A stretch of 63,654 nucleotides of DNA, the filler included, from Platydemus manokwari (Eukaryota): the NCBI GenBank assembly GCA_037951405.1. It is 4 parts of 4 records of this genome, joined end to end, with 100 filler letters (N's around TTAATTAATTAA, not from the genome) between each part and the next. Parts side by side here need not be neighbours in the genome. Positions count along the whole stretch, not along the records: positions 1 to 18,689 come from JBBMOY010322224.1; positions 18,790 to 35,187 come from JBBMOY011179211.1; 2 more parts are not named here. One strand, 5' to 3'. Below, piece after piece: positions 15,861 to 29,500 of the stretch. The position numbers were made by a program, and so were the translations under genes. The notes beneath the pieces were generated by a model. The model had not been told where the DNA came from. It saw only the letters and a program-made list of their open reading frames with translations, and did not search any database. Position 1 is the stretch's first letter; every line of letters begins with the position of its first letter.

Positions 15861-16199
15861 AATTAGTGAAGTATCTCAACAAGTTTCGGCTTCTGAAAAT
15901 ATAAATGGATACAGAGGTCAACTTATTCTCAAATTACAGGAAATAATTATAGTCAGTGAAATTTTTGAAGTACACTAGTTTCACAACACATATATCATTT
16001 GAAGAGAGATCAAGGAAAAAATCACCAACATGTCAAGATTCAAGGATTCAAATCCGATTATAGTGGAAGAGAAACAAAACCAAAGACGAGAACAAATTTT
16101 GTAATTAATTATGCAGATTACTAGGAAATTTTCCAATAAGAGCTACTGTTTACCGGAAACGAAAGACGAATTATTGCGGGATGGACATTGTTTCTGCAA

Positions 16200-18200
16200 T
16201 GGTGGAGATAATTTTAAAGGTCAGTACACTTTGAGCAATAACAAGGAGGATCCGTTTTCACAGGGTGCACTGCTCTACTCAGGGGTCATAAAATGATTAT
16301 GATGAACACATAATGTACGGAATAGATGGTTTATAAAATCAAGACTGAGAGTATAACACATAGAGAACAAAATTGATAAATTTATTTCAAATTTGTTGCA
16401 TATGTTTTTGTCATGAAATGGCCCTTGTAATTCACCACTAGTTATTGTCAGGAAGAAAAACGAATCAATTCGCATGTGTCTGAATTTATATAAGCCAAAT
16501 AGAATCGCCAAGAAGTTTACATTCCTACTGCCTGTCTATCGACATCGGACAAGAGTACTGCCATGTTTAGCTTGCTGAAAATCCACAGAAATTTGAGGCT
16601 TTTGCCATGAAGACTAGCCAATTTTGTTTCAACAGACTTCTGTTTGAGTTAACTATGGCACCAGTAACGTATCAAAAATTGATTCCTCAGTCTACTGAAT
16701 GGTTTGCTATTCAAAGAAGTTGCTGCTTATCTCAATGACATATTGAAAAAAGTGAAGAAAATGTAGATATATTCAAAGAAGTATTTGAGCGATCTGGCTT
16801 CTGAATTGAATGTAAATCTAAATGTTTTTTCTTCAAATACGAAATTAAATTTCTAGGTCACGTCACAAGGAATGATGGAATGAAAATAACGCTGATAAAA
16901 TTGTTTAAATCATAAATGATCTAGAACCACAATCCACGTCAAAGTTAAGATCATTTTTAAGTCTTACAAATTACTACAGAAGACTCATCAAAAATAGCTT
17001 CAATTTTAAGTAAGATTATAGAAAACGATCGGAAGTAGTAATCGCTTGTGGATCAGAATTATTGATGAGCCATAAAATAGCTATTGTGTGACTAGGAATT
17101 AATTTTTGGTCATTTATGTATTCGTTATAAATTTCAGATAATATCTTTATGGAAAATAATTAATTGTACGCACAGATTTTACAGCCTAATATTATTAAAT
17201 TCAACAAAAAACTATTTAGTCCTTAATTTAGGAGCATGAAAACGCAAATGAATTATCTCGAATTGATGAAGCTTAATATTCTCAGTGCAAAAACAAACAC
17301 GTTTTTACTAAATTTAAGAAAATAAGAACAAGATCCTTATCACGAATGTAGAGTAAACCAGATGCCATCTTAAAATTTCATTAGGAGCAGATGAAGTCAG
17401 TAAAATATGTAAAATTGTTAAAAGTCTTTGCGAACAATCAGAGTATGACCCATATTTTTTATCACGAAGCTCCTACAATAAATATGAAGAGTATTTGAAA
17501 ATAACAGATAATAAGCTACTATTAGAAAGAATTTCGAGTAAAAAGAACCAAAATCCTAAGATATTGTGAAACGCATTTTGTCAAATTTATATATGAAGAC
17601 CTACACCCCCTGGGAAGCAAGAACTAATATATAAAAGTAACCGTAAAGTAAGTTTCAAAGGAATATGTGAATTGTGCAAAATGGCAAATTGGTCAAAGCA
17701 GAATTCATGATTTCATAAAATCCTACTTTCGCGACAATGAAAAATTTTTAGCACAAATCGTATTTGATATTGTCTACATGGACAGCGTTCAGAATAGCAA
17801 GAAATATCATGAGCAGGATTATTAAACATATTTGTTTAGACAGCATGAAAAAACCATTTTTGAAGTAATCCTTAAATTCTTGGATTTATCGTTTTGGGAA
17901 ACCAAAAAGAATTTTAACGTATAACGATAAACAGCTTAAAGACTGTGCTAAAACAACTAAAGAAGTGTGCTAAATTCAGTATTCGTCCTGAGTGTTACTA
18001 ACCTCATCAGCACTAATCATACTGATTGGTAGAACGAGTTATTCGGTTAAAGACGTCCCTACAAAGGCATGCAGTGATTAAAGCTGTTTCGGACTCTTAC
18101 CAATAAATGAATTTTCGATCAACGCTAGTAAGACAAATTAGACAAATTTCTCTCCTTGTGAAGTCCCTTTTGGAAGTAAGGATACTCTTCACTCTAAAAG
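16200..18200 (+). mobile_element. Decayed Ty3/gypsy pol (RT-RNase H-integrase)
   Basis: Motifs in canonical order: GPCNSPLVIVRKKNESIRMC (~16420), FCFNRLLFELTMAPVTYQKL, AYLNDI (degenerate YLDD), KCFFFKYEIKFLGHV, KLRSFLSLTNYYRRLIKN, YLYGK*LIVRTD, FGKPKRILT. Numerous stops and frameshifts. Confidence 0.85.
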
Positions 18201-18689
18201 TGGCTACAAAGATGCACCAAAGGACGTGGGCACAAATTCATCAGAGTGATTGAATGCCTGAGGAAGTGGCATGCTTTTGAAGCGATGATTATTTATTTTA
18301 ATGTTCATTTGTTTGATACTGTTTTTAAGATGTGTTTACATTTTCTATAGCTATTGCTATTTTTTTATTTTTAGAATTTTTCAACCAAAAAAATAAAATA
18401 AATGTAAAATAAATTAATAATTATATTAAGAATAATAACTGAAAATATGATGTATACAAAAATTATTGAATACATCGATATAATATGAAGATAACAAAAC
18501 AAGACAAAATTATAGGGGTATTTAAATAATAGAATTTTTAAAAAGCTAAATTATAAAATTGAAATCTGTTAAATATATACCTATAAAATTGAGGTGAAAA
18601 ACAAAATAATTACTGACATCCAACAAATCATTGTAAATGATTTATGATTTTATCAATAAATCAGGTGTTCAGATTATAGTGTATAAACC

Positions 18690-18789
18690 NNNNNNNNNNN
18701 NNNNNNNNNNNNNNNNNNNNNNNNNNNNNNNNNTTAATTAATTAANNNNNNNNNNNNNNNNNNNNNNNNNNNNNNNNNNNNNNNNNNNN
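18690..18789. other. Assembly gap linker (N44-TTAATTAATTAA-N44)
   Basis: 100-nt N block containing a 12-mer with stops in all six frames; identical at three sites in the window. Confidence 0.97.
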
Positions 18790-19051
18790 AAATTATTTGC
18801 TTAAATCAAATAAACATTATTATTTAATTTTGTTTTGACTCTGTATTACTATGTTATAAACAATTTATATAATAATAATTTATAGTTTTTCCTAGAACTG
18901 ATGATTGTTTTGATATTATAAATTTATCTGCCTCACATTTTATTGTAAATAATTAACAATATTGAATGGAATAATGATAAAATAAAATTCAATCCATCAC
19001 TTTCTCTTTTAAAAGGACTGAAATGTATATTTTATGTGTTTTTTCATTCAG

Positions 19052-19254
19052 ATCGACAGAATATTTCAAAAGAGGAAAATTCAATAAAGTTGCCACTAAA
19101 ATTACTCCTAAGTAAAGAAAGAAAGAATTAATGAATCAGTTTAATTTGAACATGATGTAGGCCAAATACATATTATGGTATCATTCATCTACCGATCGGT
19201 ATTTATACGTATAAGTTTATTGTCGATGACAGATGGATACATGATAATAATAAG
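19052..19254 (+). CDS. PRKAB: AMPK beta subunit, CBM48 glycogen-binding exons (19052-19111, 19161-19254); 5' end not found
   Basis: GT-AG exons around a 49-nt intron splice to STEYFKRGKFNKVATKITPK|PNTYYGIIHLPIGIYTYKFIVDDRWIHDNNK, matching the AMPK-beta CBM pattern L..G...YKF.VDG.W.HD. Confidence 0.8.
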
Positions 19255-19969
19255 GTTATATTGTTTGACTTTTTAATATATATTTGCAAATATTACTGTA
19301 AAATCACAATCAAAATAAATTGCGTTCAAGTGATACAAATATTTAATTCTTATATCAATTATCAAATGAAGCTTTTAAGAAAGTTTTAAAATTTCTCATA
19401 AATAGGCTAATCTATATTCTTGTCAGATTTAAATAAAATTCATTAATTATATTATTTTCCTTTGGTATTGTAATGATTTTCAAGACGATTTGTTTGTAAT
19501 TTGAAATTCTTTTTTGATATTTGTGTGGCTTAAATATGGAAAATAATTCAAAATGTCATGAAACACAATGTTGTTCTGTAGATACAAGAGATATTAAAGA
19601 AACATGAACAAAACATTAGATACAGTTATTTCAAATATTTTTGTGATATCAATATAGGTATTTACTATAAAATAATTCTGATAATAATGATGATAATAGC
19701 AATAGTTAGCTGACGTAAGTCAGTTACGTAATTATTATGGTGTTCAAGAGTTTAGCAATTGTTACCAAATCACTTTTCATTAGCATATGTTATTAGATGC
19801 CATTCTGTTGTGTTCTTACTTTGATAATGATAATCATGATAAATTATTATTTGTCGCGTAAAAAAAATCACGTTAAAAATAACGCGCGAACGTTTTAATT
19901 ATTTTGGTCTTTAAATCAGTTGTATTGAAATTTCATCTTTAAAAAGACATTCCAATATTACCTTTTACT

Positions 19970-20643
19970 GTAGAGGAACCCCACGGAAACATTCCTCTGG
20001 TTCGAGGAATCCCTGTGCAATAGTTTGATTGTTTTATGCAGTAAACAGCATTTCTTTTTTTAAAATTTATGTTCAGCTTATTGTATATGTTTGTTGATGA
20101 AATGAAAACAAAATTTTACATGTTAGAATAGACTAAATTTATTCTTATCAAAAACTTAATGGGAAATTTGAGCCTGATGTTTCATGCACAACAATTTAAG
20201 ATTCGCTAGTGTTTTTCACAGAAACACGCGATGTTCATCTTCCACAAACAGCAATTGTGCTCGTTTCTTGTGTTTAATGATTGTCAGAGCTGAAAATCCA
20301 AATCCACACAAATATGAGGTTGAAAATTCCACAAGAAGTCGTAGCTATTTATGGGCAGTTGCAGGATATTCCTTTTCAACCAGCAACCAAAATATATAAA
20401 AGGAGACTTAATAGTGGTAGGACAAAGTGATCTTTCAAATGGAGAGAGTTTAATTTATGTTGAATTTAGTATATTCAAACGCTAAATAATAAAAATAATA
20501 ATAAAAATAATAATAAAATAATTATTATTATAAAATAGATTTTCGAAATTGAATTTAGCATGTTGTTCATTTGTTCGTTGTTCTAATTTAGAAATTACGA
20601 AACCCCTGGAATGTGCTTGTGGAACCCTTGTTGAAAACCACTG
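19970..20643 (-). mobile_element. Non-autonomous hAT (Buster/Charlie-type) deletion derivative in an AMPK-beta intron
   Basis: Minus-strand FWLLVEKEYPATAHK*LRLLVEFSTSYLCGFGFSALTIIKHKKR is the hAT dimerisation domain. TIR-like gttgaaaaccactg ends at 20643, with GGAACCC subterminal motifs near both ends. Confidence 0.8.
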
Positions 20644-21899
20644 TTTTAATGTATATAAAACATCTCAACAAATCAGAGAAACATATACTGCTCATAAAAA
20701 AATTGTAAATTTCGTTGTTTCTTTTTGAAACAGTTCTCAGTTTTGCCATTGATTGTCATTTCAAAATTTAAGACTCATTCCTTTAGATTAAATATCCTTA
20801 ACACATTAAATATAAATTATTGGACTTAATTATTTTAATATTTTTACAAGTAAAACGAAATCACATAGTGATGTTTGTGAGATAAAATTCTAATCTCAAA
20901 ATCATCAATATTAAAATAACATAATATTATTTAGTCATTACGTTTTCTTATAAGTTTGATTAATTCTGTAATTCTGTATTTGAAATGATATCAAGATCCT
21001 TCAGTAATTGATCATTTAGAATTTATAATACAATTATATTTAATTTTTGAGGCATTGATTGAAGCCAACATTCCTAATAAAAAATTCTTTTCTAATTCAA
21101 ATTAAGAATCTATCATTCAAATCAAACCTAAAAAATCGAACTTATACTTCTGTGGAGTGTGCCAGAAATTACTCATAATCACGCTTGAAAACTCTTGGAA
21201 TGAGAAGTACAACTGTCAAATAACACATGGCTTCAATAGCCAATCACAAGCCTTAAAATTAATAAACTTCCATTGATTTTCCATTTCCACTAACAGAAAA
21301 ACCTACACTAAAATGTCCAGTTGGCAAATGGTTCTATCAAATAAAAAGTAAAATTTTAAGCAATAAATAAACACACCCATCCTGGCTTTTAAAAGGAGTT
21401 GACTTTCGAAAAAGGCTGTCAGCATTTTTGGTCGATAAATGATTTCGTATTTGATCACGTTGATTTTGCTCTCTTGATTTTTATGAGTTTATGTTTATTA
21501 TTGTATATTATTAGATCAAAATGACGTTTGAGACAAATCAATGTTTATGAGTATAGTTTATTAATATAATTTATTACGCTCTATTCATTTAGCCGACAAT
21601 TGTAAATTCATTCGGGACACTAGAAAATGTGATCGAAATAAAAAATTCGGATTTCAATATTCTCACGGCTCTTGAAAACGACGAGACTACAGCCACAAAA
21701 TCGAGAAGAATGGTTGTAAGGCCAAATATTTATTTACTTTTTATTCCAATATTTGAGTTTTCTATTCTGAATGAATTATTTGCTGAAATTTAGAGCTCAC
21801 AATAAACTTACTTATCGATAATGATAATTAATAAACTCTAAAGGTTTTTGACAAATTATCAAACAATAACAATATTTTTCAGAGATTTTGTAACCCCTA

Positions 21900-23110
21900 T
21901 TTTGAAGAATCTAGATGATTGTTGAATGGTTTGTTTGTAGTTATGTATTTTTTTATTATTACAGTTACGGGTACTGCCTGTTGTGATTTCTACGACTATC
22001 AATCTGTATTTATGCAATAAAAATTAGATTTCGTTAAGATAGGTAATGAGATGTTCTGCCTGAGTCATTTGAGGGCAATTTTATTTTAAAAATTCAGTCT
22101 TTCGACTTTCTTTTCATTAACTGGATTTTGTGATATTTTTTTATGCATCTGTATCACGTTCTGTTTTCCTGCAGATGTTATCTCGATGAGAACCATTGTG
22201 TTTTACTATTGTGTTGATTTCTTTTTCACCTTCTTTTTCAGAGCATGAATCTAAAAAACCTTCGGTTTTGCATAGCCATTAATTCTTCAGAGACGGTAGT
22301 TGGTCTGAATATGGATCATCAATGTTGTTTGGTTGTAACAGGTTATTATTTTCAAGAATGAATTGATTAAAATAGTTTTATCGCTCTATGACAATATATT
22401 TGCTCATATAGCCGCTCGATTTTTACATGGTACTGCTTGGCAGTTTTCGTGAGTTGATTGAGGAATTTGTTCATAATCTTTTTGGGTGAATTCTGGTCTC
22501 CATTCGTTTCTTTCTTTCACCATCATTTCATTGTCTTGATATTTTAAGTATAAATACGAGGTATACTTCTTGATTTTTCTTTCATTAATGTCTTGATTTT
22601 TTAGAGTCCTAAACGATGAATTGAATAGTCACTGTTTCTAATGTCAATTTCTCTGTTATCTTCATTGGGTGGTATGCTGTGCTGATCTATTTGATCTATA
22701 TTGCACTTTTGTTTATTTTCATGAGGCACAAATTTGTTCCAATCTGGTGACGCCTATTTTAACAAGGCAAGTCACTCATATGTAAGCTGAGAGTTGCTTT
22801 AATGAGTAGAAGTAATTTTTCCCATAGATGATTGTTTGCATTGTTCTCTGAATCTAGTTTTTGTTAGACTATCTTTCACTTTGGGAGTATAAGTGATATT
22901 TTTTTAATGCGTGGTGAGTTAGATACCTTTAAACTCACTGTTAACCTAAGCTTTAGTAGCATGACATACACGGCACTTGGCAGTACATTGTCTATGTTTT
23001 GTGCATTGTCTATAACGATGCAGTATATTTTTAACAAACTCTTTATGGAAATGAAAACATTTTTAGCAGAGTGTTGTTTGGAAACCAGTATTCAACCTAA
23101 AGCTGTCAAT
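21900..23110 (-). mobile_element. Decayed non-LTR retrotransposon (probably restriction-like-endonuclease type)
   Basis: Degenerate minus-strand RT-like motifs (IDNAQNIDNVLP, NHLWEKLLL, KIERLY) and LIVVEITTG near the 3' end; heavily mutated. Confidence 0.4.
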
Positions 23111-23306
23111 CAATCCAAGTCAAGTTATGCAGTTCTATTAATTAATTATGCCATTTGACTATTTAAAGATAGACATTATTTCGTTCCTCATGATTAACTA
23201 ATTCTTTTTTAAAAATATATAGTCTGAATTTATTATAAATAAAAATATATATATTTGTAAAGTTTATTTTATTACAAAAAATAATAATTATTATTATTAT
23301 ACCCAG

Positions 23307-23561
23307 GAAGAGTTTCAGTATCCGAACATGTATACAAATATTATTCCTGACTATAATGATGATCTTCGTTTTGCACAAGCTCTACCCTCTGAAATTCCAC
23401 CTTATCTGGATCAAAAAGTTAATTATTAAGATCATTTAAAATATATTTTTCATAATTCTTTTTTTTAGATTATAATAGACAATGATATTGAATGTGATAA
23501 TCCGACTTTATTACCGACAAACCATGTCATCTTTAATCATATTCTAACACAGTCAACAAAG
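23307..23561 (+). CDS. PRKAB: AMPK beta subunit, exons 23307-23417 and 23469-23561 (start of ASC/AMPKBI domain)
   Basis: Phase-0 exons give EEFQYPNMYTNIIPDYNDDLRFAQALPSEIPPYLDQK|IIIDNDIECDNPTLLPTNHVIFNHILTQSTK, matching PP.LPPHL...CDPALLPEPNHVMLNHLYALSIK. The intron is 51 nt. An alternative in-frame acceptor lies at 23318. Confidence 0.9.
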
Positions 23562-23869
23562 GTTGGTCAATATATAATGCTATAAAACATGAATTTTACT
23601 TTGAATTTGATACTTATTTTTTTAGATCTTAATTCTGATGGTTATATCTGTTTGTTTCAATCGATTGTAACCAAGCTACTGTTGCTGTCGATTTTTCGTT
23701 TTATTTTATCTTGTTTCTTTATATTACCATAGAAAGATTATTAAATTTTGTGTCATATAACATCAGCATTTTTATACCACGTTGTGATGTCATATCTCAA
23801 TGAACGAAAATTTAAAGATGACGTAATATATGTACCGGTGGAGCACCATTAATGGTTGGTTCTATTAAA

Positions 23870-24996
23870 GGTTTTGTATCTTCAGTGGAAAAATAGAATC
23901 CTAACATAGTACGAACTCATTGTTTTTAACACAGAGAAGTATTAGTTTCAAAGATAGCACAAAATGAACTAAGGTGGGCATATAATCAAGTGATCGAAAT
24001 GGTAGATTCCAAAAAAACTTGGCCGTTGAAGTCCAGAATTATTGAGTTACTGTGCAAGGACATGGATTCTCATTATTTTTATTTACTATTGCACACAGAC
24101 ATAAGATGGTTATCAAAAGGAAATATGCTAACTCGAGTATTTCAGCTTCAGAAAGAACTTTTTATTTTTTTTGAAAATGAAAAGCTTGATATATTTTTGT
24201 AAATTCCTTAAAAATGAATTGTGAATGTCCAGAATAGAGTACTTAAGTGAGATATTTGGATATCTCAATAGTCTGAATAGCAATATGCAAGGCAGAAATG
24301 AAAATATTCTTACGGCAACAGATAAATTAGTTACTATTAAGATAAAAATGCAATTTGGAATAAAAGAATGGTGGTAAACCATTTGGATATGTTTCCATCA
24401 GTTCGCAAAACCTGTGTTACTTATTATTATTAGTGAGCATTTGACAATTTTGGAAAATAATATTGAGGGATATTTCCCCTTAATCAGTATTGACGAATTT
24501 TATTAGATTCGCAATCCTTTCCTATATTTATCAATCATTAATCTTTCCAACTTTGAGTAATGTGAAGAAGAAAAACTAGCGAGTCTTTCCAGTGATCAGG
24601 GACTCAAACTGACGTGCACACAACTGCTATTTGGCGCTTTTGGATTTCTGTAAGGGAGAGTATCCAACTCTTAGTAAAATACTTAAAAACATTGAAGAAG
24701 AGTTAGTAGTATGCCTTTCTCACATTCGTCCGCAAACTGCAGCAGTACTAAAGAAGCACCAAACACGACTGTCCCACTGAAATTGACTACTATTATTCTA
24801 TACCCGGTATTGAATACAAGATATATTGTATTTATGTGATTAAAAATTCTCCTTATATAATCTTCTTTGTTTTATATTATTTCATTGCAAAAAATCCTTA
24901 TGGGTAGAAAATATTTATTTTTTGTGATAGATATGCCGTGAGAATTTAAAGAGCTCAATGGTGTGGTGCGAGGTACAAAAAGGTTGAGAACCACTG
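23870..24996 (+). mobile_element. hAT Buster/ZBED5-like transposase fossil with 3' TIR
   Basis: THCF*HREVL (CxxH motif), LLLHTDIRWLSKGNML, YLSEIFGYLNSLNSNMQGRNENIL; element ends in ggttgagaaccactg at 24996. Confidence 0.9.
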
Positions 24997-26445
24997 TTGG
25001 GATCAATATTTTCTCCAAGACCTTATCGCATTTTAATATCTCAATTTCCAATATCGGATAAATAAAAATTCACCCCATTATTGAATATGAATTTATTATA
25101 TTTTAAATTTTATTCTGCCAATCTTATATGGAATCTGTAGAATAAGAATTTGTCATAGCATTTTTAACATTCAATTGATTATGAGATCTCGCATATTATT
25201 GTAGATTTATATCCATTTAACACTAAATTATTGTATAATTATCATTTGATATTTCGTAAGATTTTAAAACGAATTAAAATTTCAAAGATTTAAAAATCAG
25301 AATTTATATTAATAAATATTAATTTGTTTAATTTATAGTGGTTATATTTATTTTGTTGTGTGAATTTTGATCTTTTCCATTGCGTGCTTCATAAAATGGT
25401 AGCTGCTTACATCGCAATTGTGAGGTTTATTTAAGAATACGATAAATAATTATAATTTACAAAAGATTAAAATTTTTAAAGATATTTTTAAAAAATCATA
25501 TTAAAAATAAATGTACCATATTGATATTTATAAAAGGATCTTGTTTAAAAAATTACTGTTGAATTCTCAATTTTAAAATTATTAAAATTATTAAAGTTAC
25601 TAAATTAGTTTAAAATAAAAAATTAAGATGTAATATAAAAATGTGGGTATTTTTATTTGGATTAAAAAATAAGAAAAATCAGATAGAAATTAAAAATTTG
25701 AAAATTAATGTATAAATACATGGATTTTTGTTCTGTTGTAAACATGTCTTTTGATCTGAATATCAAAAATGAAGAAATTTTGGCAACTAACAGCGATCAC
25801 ATTTTCGGATTCGAGAATATATGAGAATTTAAAAATACACAGAAAATCAAGTATTTTAAAGAAAGTAGTGTGTTCAGTTAGTTTCCAGTATATACTTTAT
25901 TAAACATTAGAGGCTTGCATACAGAAAAGATTTTTTTCTTTTTAAATTTTTTTTCTAAAACTCTCACTGTAGTCGCATAAGTTTTTCAAAAATATATTAA
26001 TTTTTACTCTGCTAAATAAACATCACAATTTTTTGTATGAATAATTTTTTTTTAATATTGATCGAATGTTTTTATTTATGTTGAATTCTTAAAACAATAG
26101 GTATAAACCTACTTATTGACTAGGTAATTTTTATCAAAGCAATGCCACGTATTTATTAATTGTTAAAAAGGAATAATGTTTTTGAAATCAATTTCTTTTT
26201 TATCTCAGCTTGAAATCAGTTTTAAAATAATATTTAATAATTCATGGCGTCCAAATTTTATTCATCTTGATGTCTTTTGAGATTTAAATAAATTATTAAT
26301 TGATATTATTTTATTAAAATTAAACTTATTTTATTCAATCAAAAATTAATTAATTTTTATTAAATTTTAAAATAATTATTTTAATTTGATTTATGATTTA
26401 ATTTATTTTCACAAAAATTGCAAATCATTTTATTTTTGTTTGCAG

Positions 26446-26526
26446 AATAACGTGGTTATGCTCAGCGTTATAAAGAGTTTCAGAGAAAAAGTTGTGACGA
26501 CTGTATTCTATCAACCTGCTAATTAA
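26446..26526 (+). CDS. PRKAB: AMPK beta subunit, terminal exon
   Basis: Acceptor tttgcag, then NNVVMLSVIKSFREKVVTTVFYQPAN*, matching the canonical DGVMVLSATHRYKKKYVTTLLYKPI*. Confidence 0.9.
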   Translation, partial: NNVVMLSVIKSFREKVVTTVFYQPAN

Positions 26527-29500
26527 TTCGAACTCATATTTAATTATTTTTATTTAAATTTTTTTCTATTAAATTCATTTTCAATTTTTCAATTGATTTC
26601 AAAATTTATCAAAAATGTTTTATCGATTATGATAATTTAAATTGGGATAATCTAAAATTAGATAATTAAATCTGATTTATTTAATAATAATATAAAATTT
26701 AAATTCAAAGCTACATTGATAATATAATAACTGATTCTTTCTCAATAATATATAATCATATCAGCAAATAATATTATAACCTTGTTTCATGCGTGCGTGG
26801 AAGACTTTTATTATCGACTATCATCTTTTTGGGTTAGTTTGAATGAATATTTTGTTGGTAGTATCAAATATGTAATTAAAATTCACAGAATAGTTGTTTC
26901 TCTTTTAAAATAAATGTTGGGTATATCACAAATTAGTCAAAATGGTCCCATGAACCAAGAAACAAACCTGAAAAACACACGTGCCGTTAACCAATTAGAT
27001 TCGTTCTAATGTTAATCCATATTTAGAAGCTAAGAATAGACAGACAGCAAGCTCGAATATCCGCAAATGACATGACATATATGAGGAAAATTTTAAGTAA
27101 ATCAATTCACAAATAAATTTAGCTAATTGAAAAGAAGATTCGCGACATCAAACAGAAACACCCTATAAAAGAGGCTCAATTCTTTTTGGTTGGTAACTTT
27201 AGTTCTTAGCTTATGTGTGATTTCAGTAATCAGTCGTTTTGATTACTCTTTATTCTGTGTTTGACTTCCAGGCGCTGATCCCTTCTTGAGTAATTTTTTT
27301 GTGAATTGCGTAAATATTTGTTATTGTTATTATTGAGACTTTGAGTGTATTATTTTTAGATTCAAATTGTTGTTAATATACGAACAAATAGGTAGATACA
27401 TAGAAAAGTTCATGATAAGTGAAATTGTGTTAAATCGTATGACATGACAAGAGTTTACGCTGTGAAAAAAGATTAGAATTAAAAATAAACCCTTAAATCC
27501 ATCTTGTTAAGCATAATACTGCCAGGAACATAAGTATTGTGTCATAGGATGGTCACCTTCATAATTAATTATTAATTATTTATAAAACATATTATCACTA
27601 TAAATTTATTAGTTTCAATGTCGTAATTCTTGGTTATCAGTATTTAAAACTTTTATGTTATCATTTCATACTTTAATTTTTACATTTTTCATTCACCTTT
27701 ATTAATATTTTCTGTCTTTTTATATTATTTCTCTGTATTATATTTGTGCCTATTTTCATATATTTTTAATCAATATTATTTAAATAATAACATGTTAGAG
27801 GGAGCTGTTTTAAATAAATAGATGTAGCTATTGAATATAAATGAAAATTTAATGATGATGATGATGATGATGGCTAAGAAGCTAACTAACAAAAACATAA
27901 ATAAAATATTAACCGGTTTCGTGGCTACTAGTTCTATCGATTAGGACTTCACTGATGCGTACAAATTCATATTTGTGAAATTAAAATTTGAGTGAATTCT
28001 TAATTTAATTAAAGTAAGTCCAACTTAAAATGAAATTAAAACACACTATCGATAATTGACAACAATATGATGAAGAAAATATATTGAATATTTATCACCT
28101 CCGAAAAGAAAACAATAATAATGCGATTGTAAAATGCCAGGTAATATTGTTATCTACATGGGTAACTTTTTCCTAGAATACGAGGAAAATCGATAATTGC
28201 TATTTGTTAGATCAATTGATCTTCAAATTATCGTTTGTTTATTTTCTAATAATTTGATTTGGGTGTAATTATACTCAGTTTTTATGTGATTTAATCTCCC
28301 AATTCTTTTTTTATGTTTCTGTTATTATTTCTGTTCTTGCTTTGTTCTTTATTGATTATTATTGTTATTTTATTCCAAATTATTTTCCCTAATAAAATAT
28401 CAAGACAAAAATCAAAGATAAGGTTTTATTTTTACAATCATTTTTTAAAATTTTCATTTTTCTCGCATACATTATTGTTTACATAAATAAGGCACAATAA
28501 GTAAACCACTTAAAATCGTCACAAAAACAAATAAAACATAATTGGGTTTTTGTCTTGACTTTTCATTTCTGATTTATTCAAACAACGAATTTTGCTGACT
28601 CAAAATTCATAGACTTCGAATATTGGCATATCCCAACAATATTTTCAGTTATTTGATAATATGATCAAAAGAAATATCACTTAATAAATTACTTAAATTT
28701 AATAAGTAATATAATTTAATAAGTTGTTATTAAAACTTTATAATAGTTAATAAGGTTTAGATTTTAATATTTGTAACTTGTTCACGTTGCTATTGTGATG
28801 ATATTTAAAATTTAATGTAAAAAAAATTAAGATTAAAAAGATTATAGGATATTTTAAAATTTTTATTAATTTATAAAAGGCGATTTATAATATATTTTCA
28901 TTTATAATATCCCGAATTATTTAAGTAATATGAATTGAAAAATATAATTTTTGGATGCTGAAATTGATGACGTATAATATTGACAACCAACAAATTAATG
29001 CTACTAACAAGTAGTAAAGCAAGAAATTATAAAATAGATCAATTTCAGATTAAAGCCCCGATTTTAGCTTAAACCAATTTTTTGTTTTGATCTAGCTAGC
29101 TAGCCACATCGCTTTTAAATGATCTCAAGTGAGTTTCATTTCAAATACATCCTCTGATGGGTTAATTGCAACGACTATATTCAACTGCATAAGCTTTCAA
29201 ATTAATTATAATACTTTCATGAACTGCATTAAAATTATTTTTACAATTACTGATATAAAATAAAATGATAACCGATTAGAGAATAAAACTTCAAGTTACT
29301 TAATATTTAATTTTGAAATAATGTACACATGTGTGGAAACAATTTTATTAATCTCCTCAATTTGTCATTAAAGTTCACTACTCGACATTTTCTACCAAGA
29401 TTCCTTTACAGAATAACATCTCTTAATAAAGATTATAAAATTGTTTCTTATTATACAATGGCTTTATTATTTGTTTTGTAAGTTAGTGGATATTTAACAT

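Noticed and set aside
23990-24202. Domesticated ZBED/FAM200-like gene
   Set aside because: Stops, frameshifts, an internal deletion and a retained TIR indicate a dead transposon.
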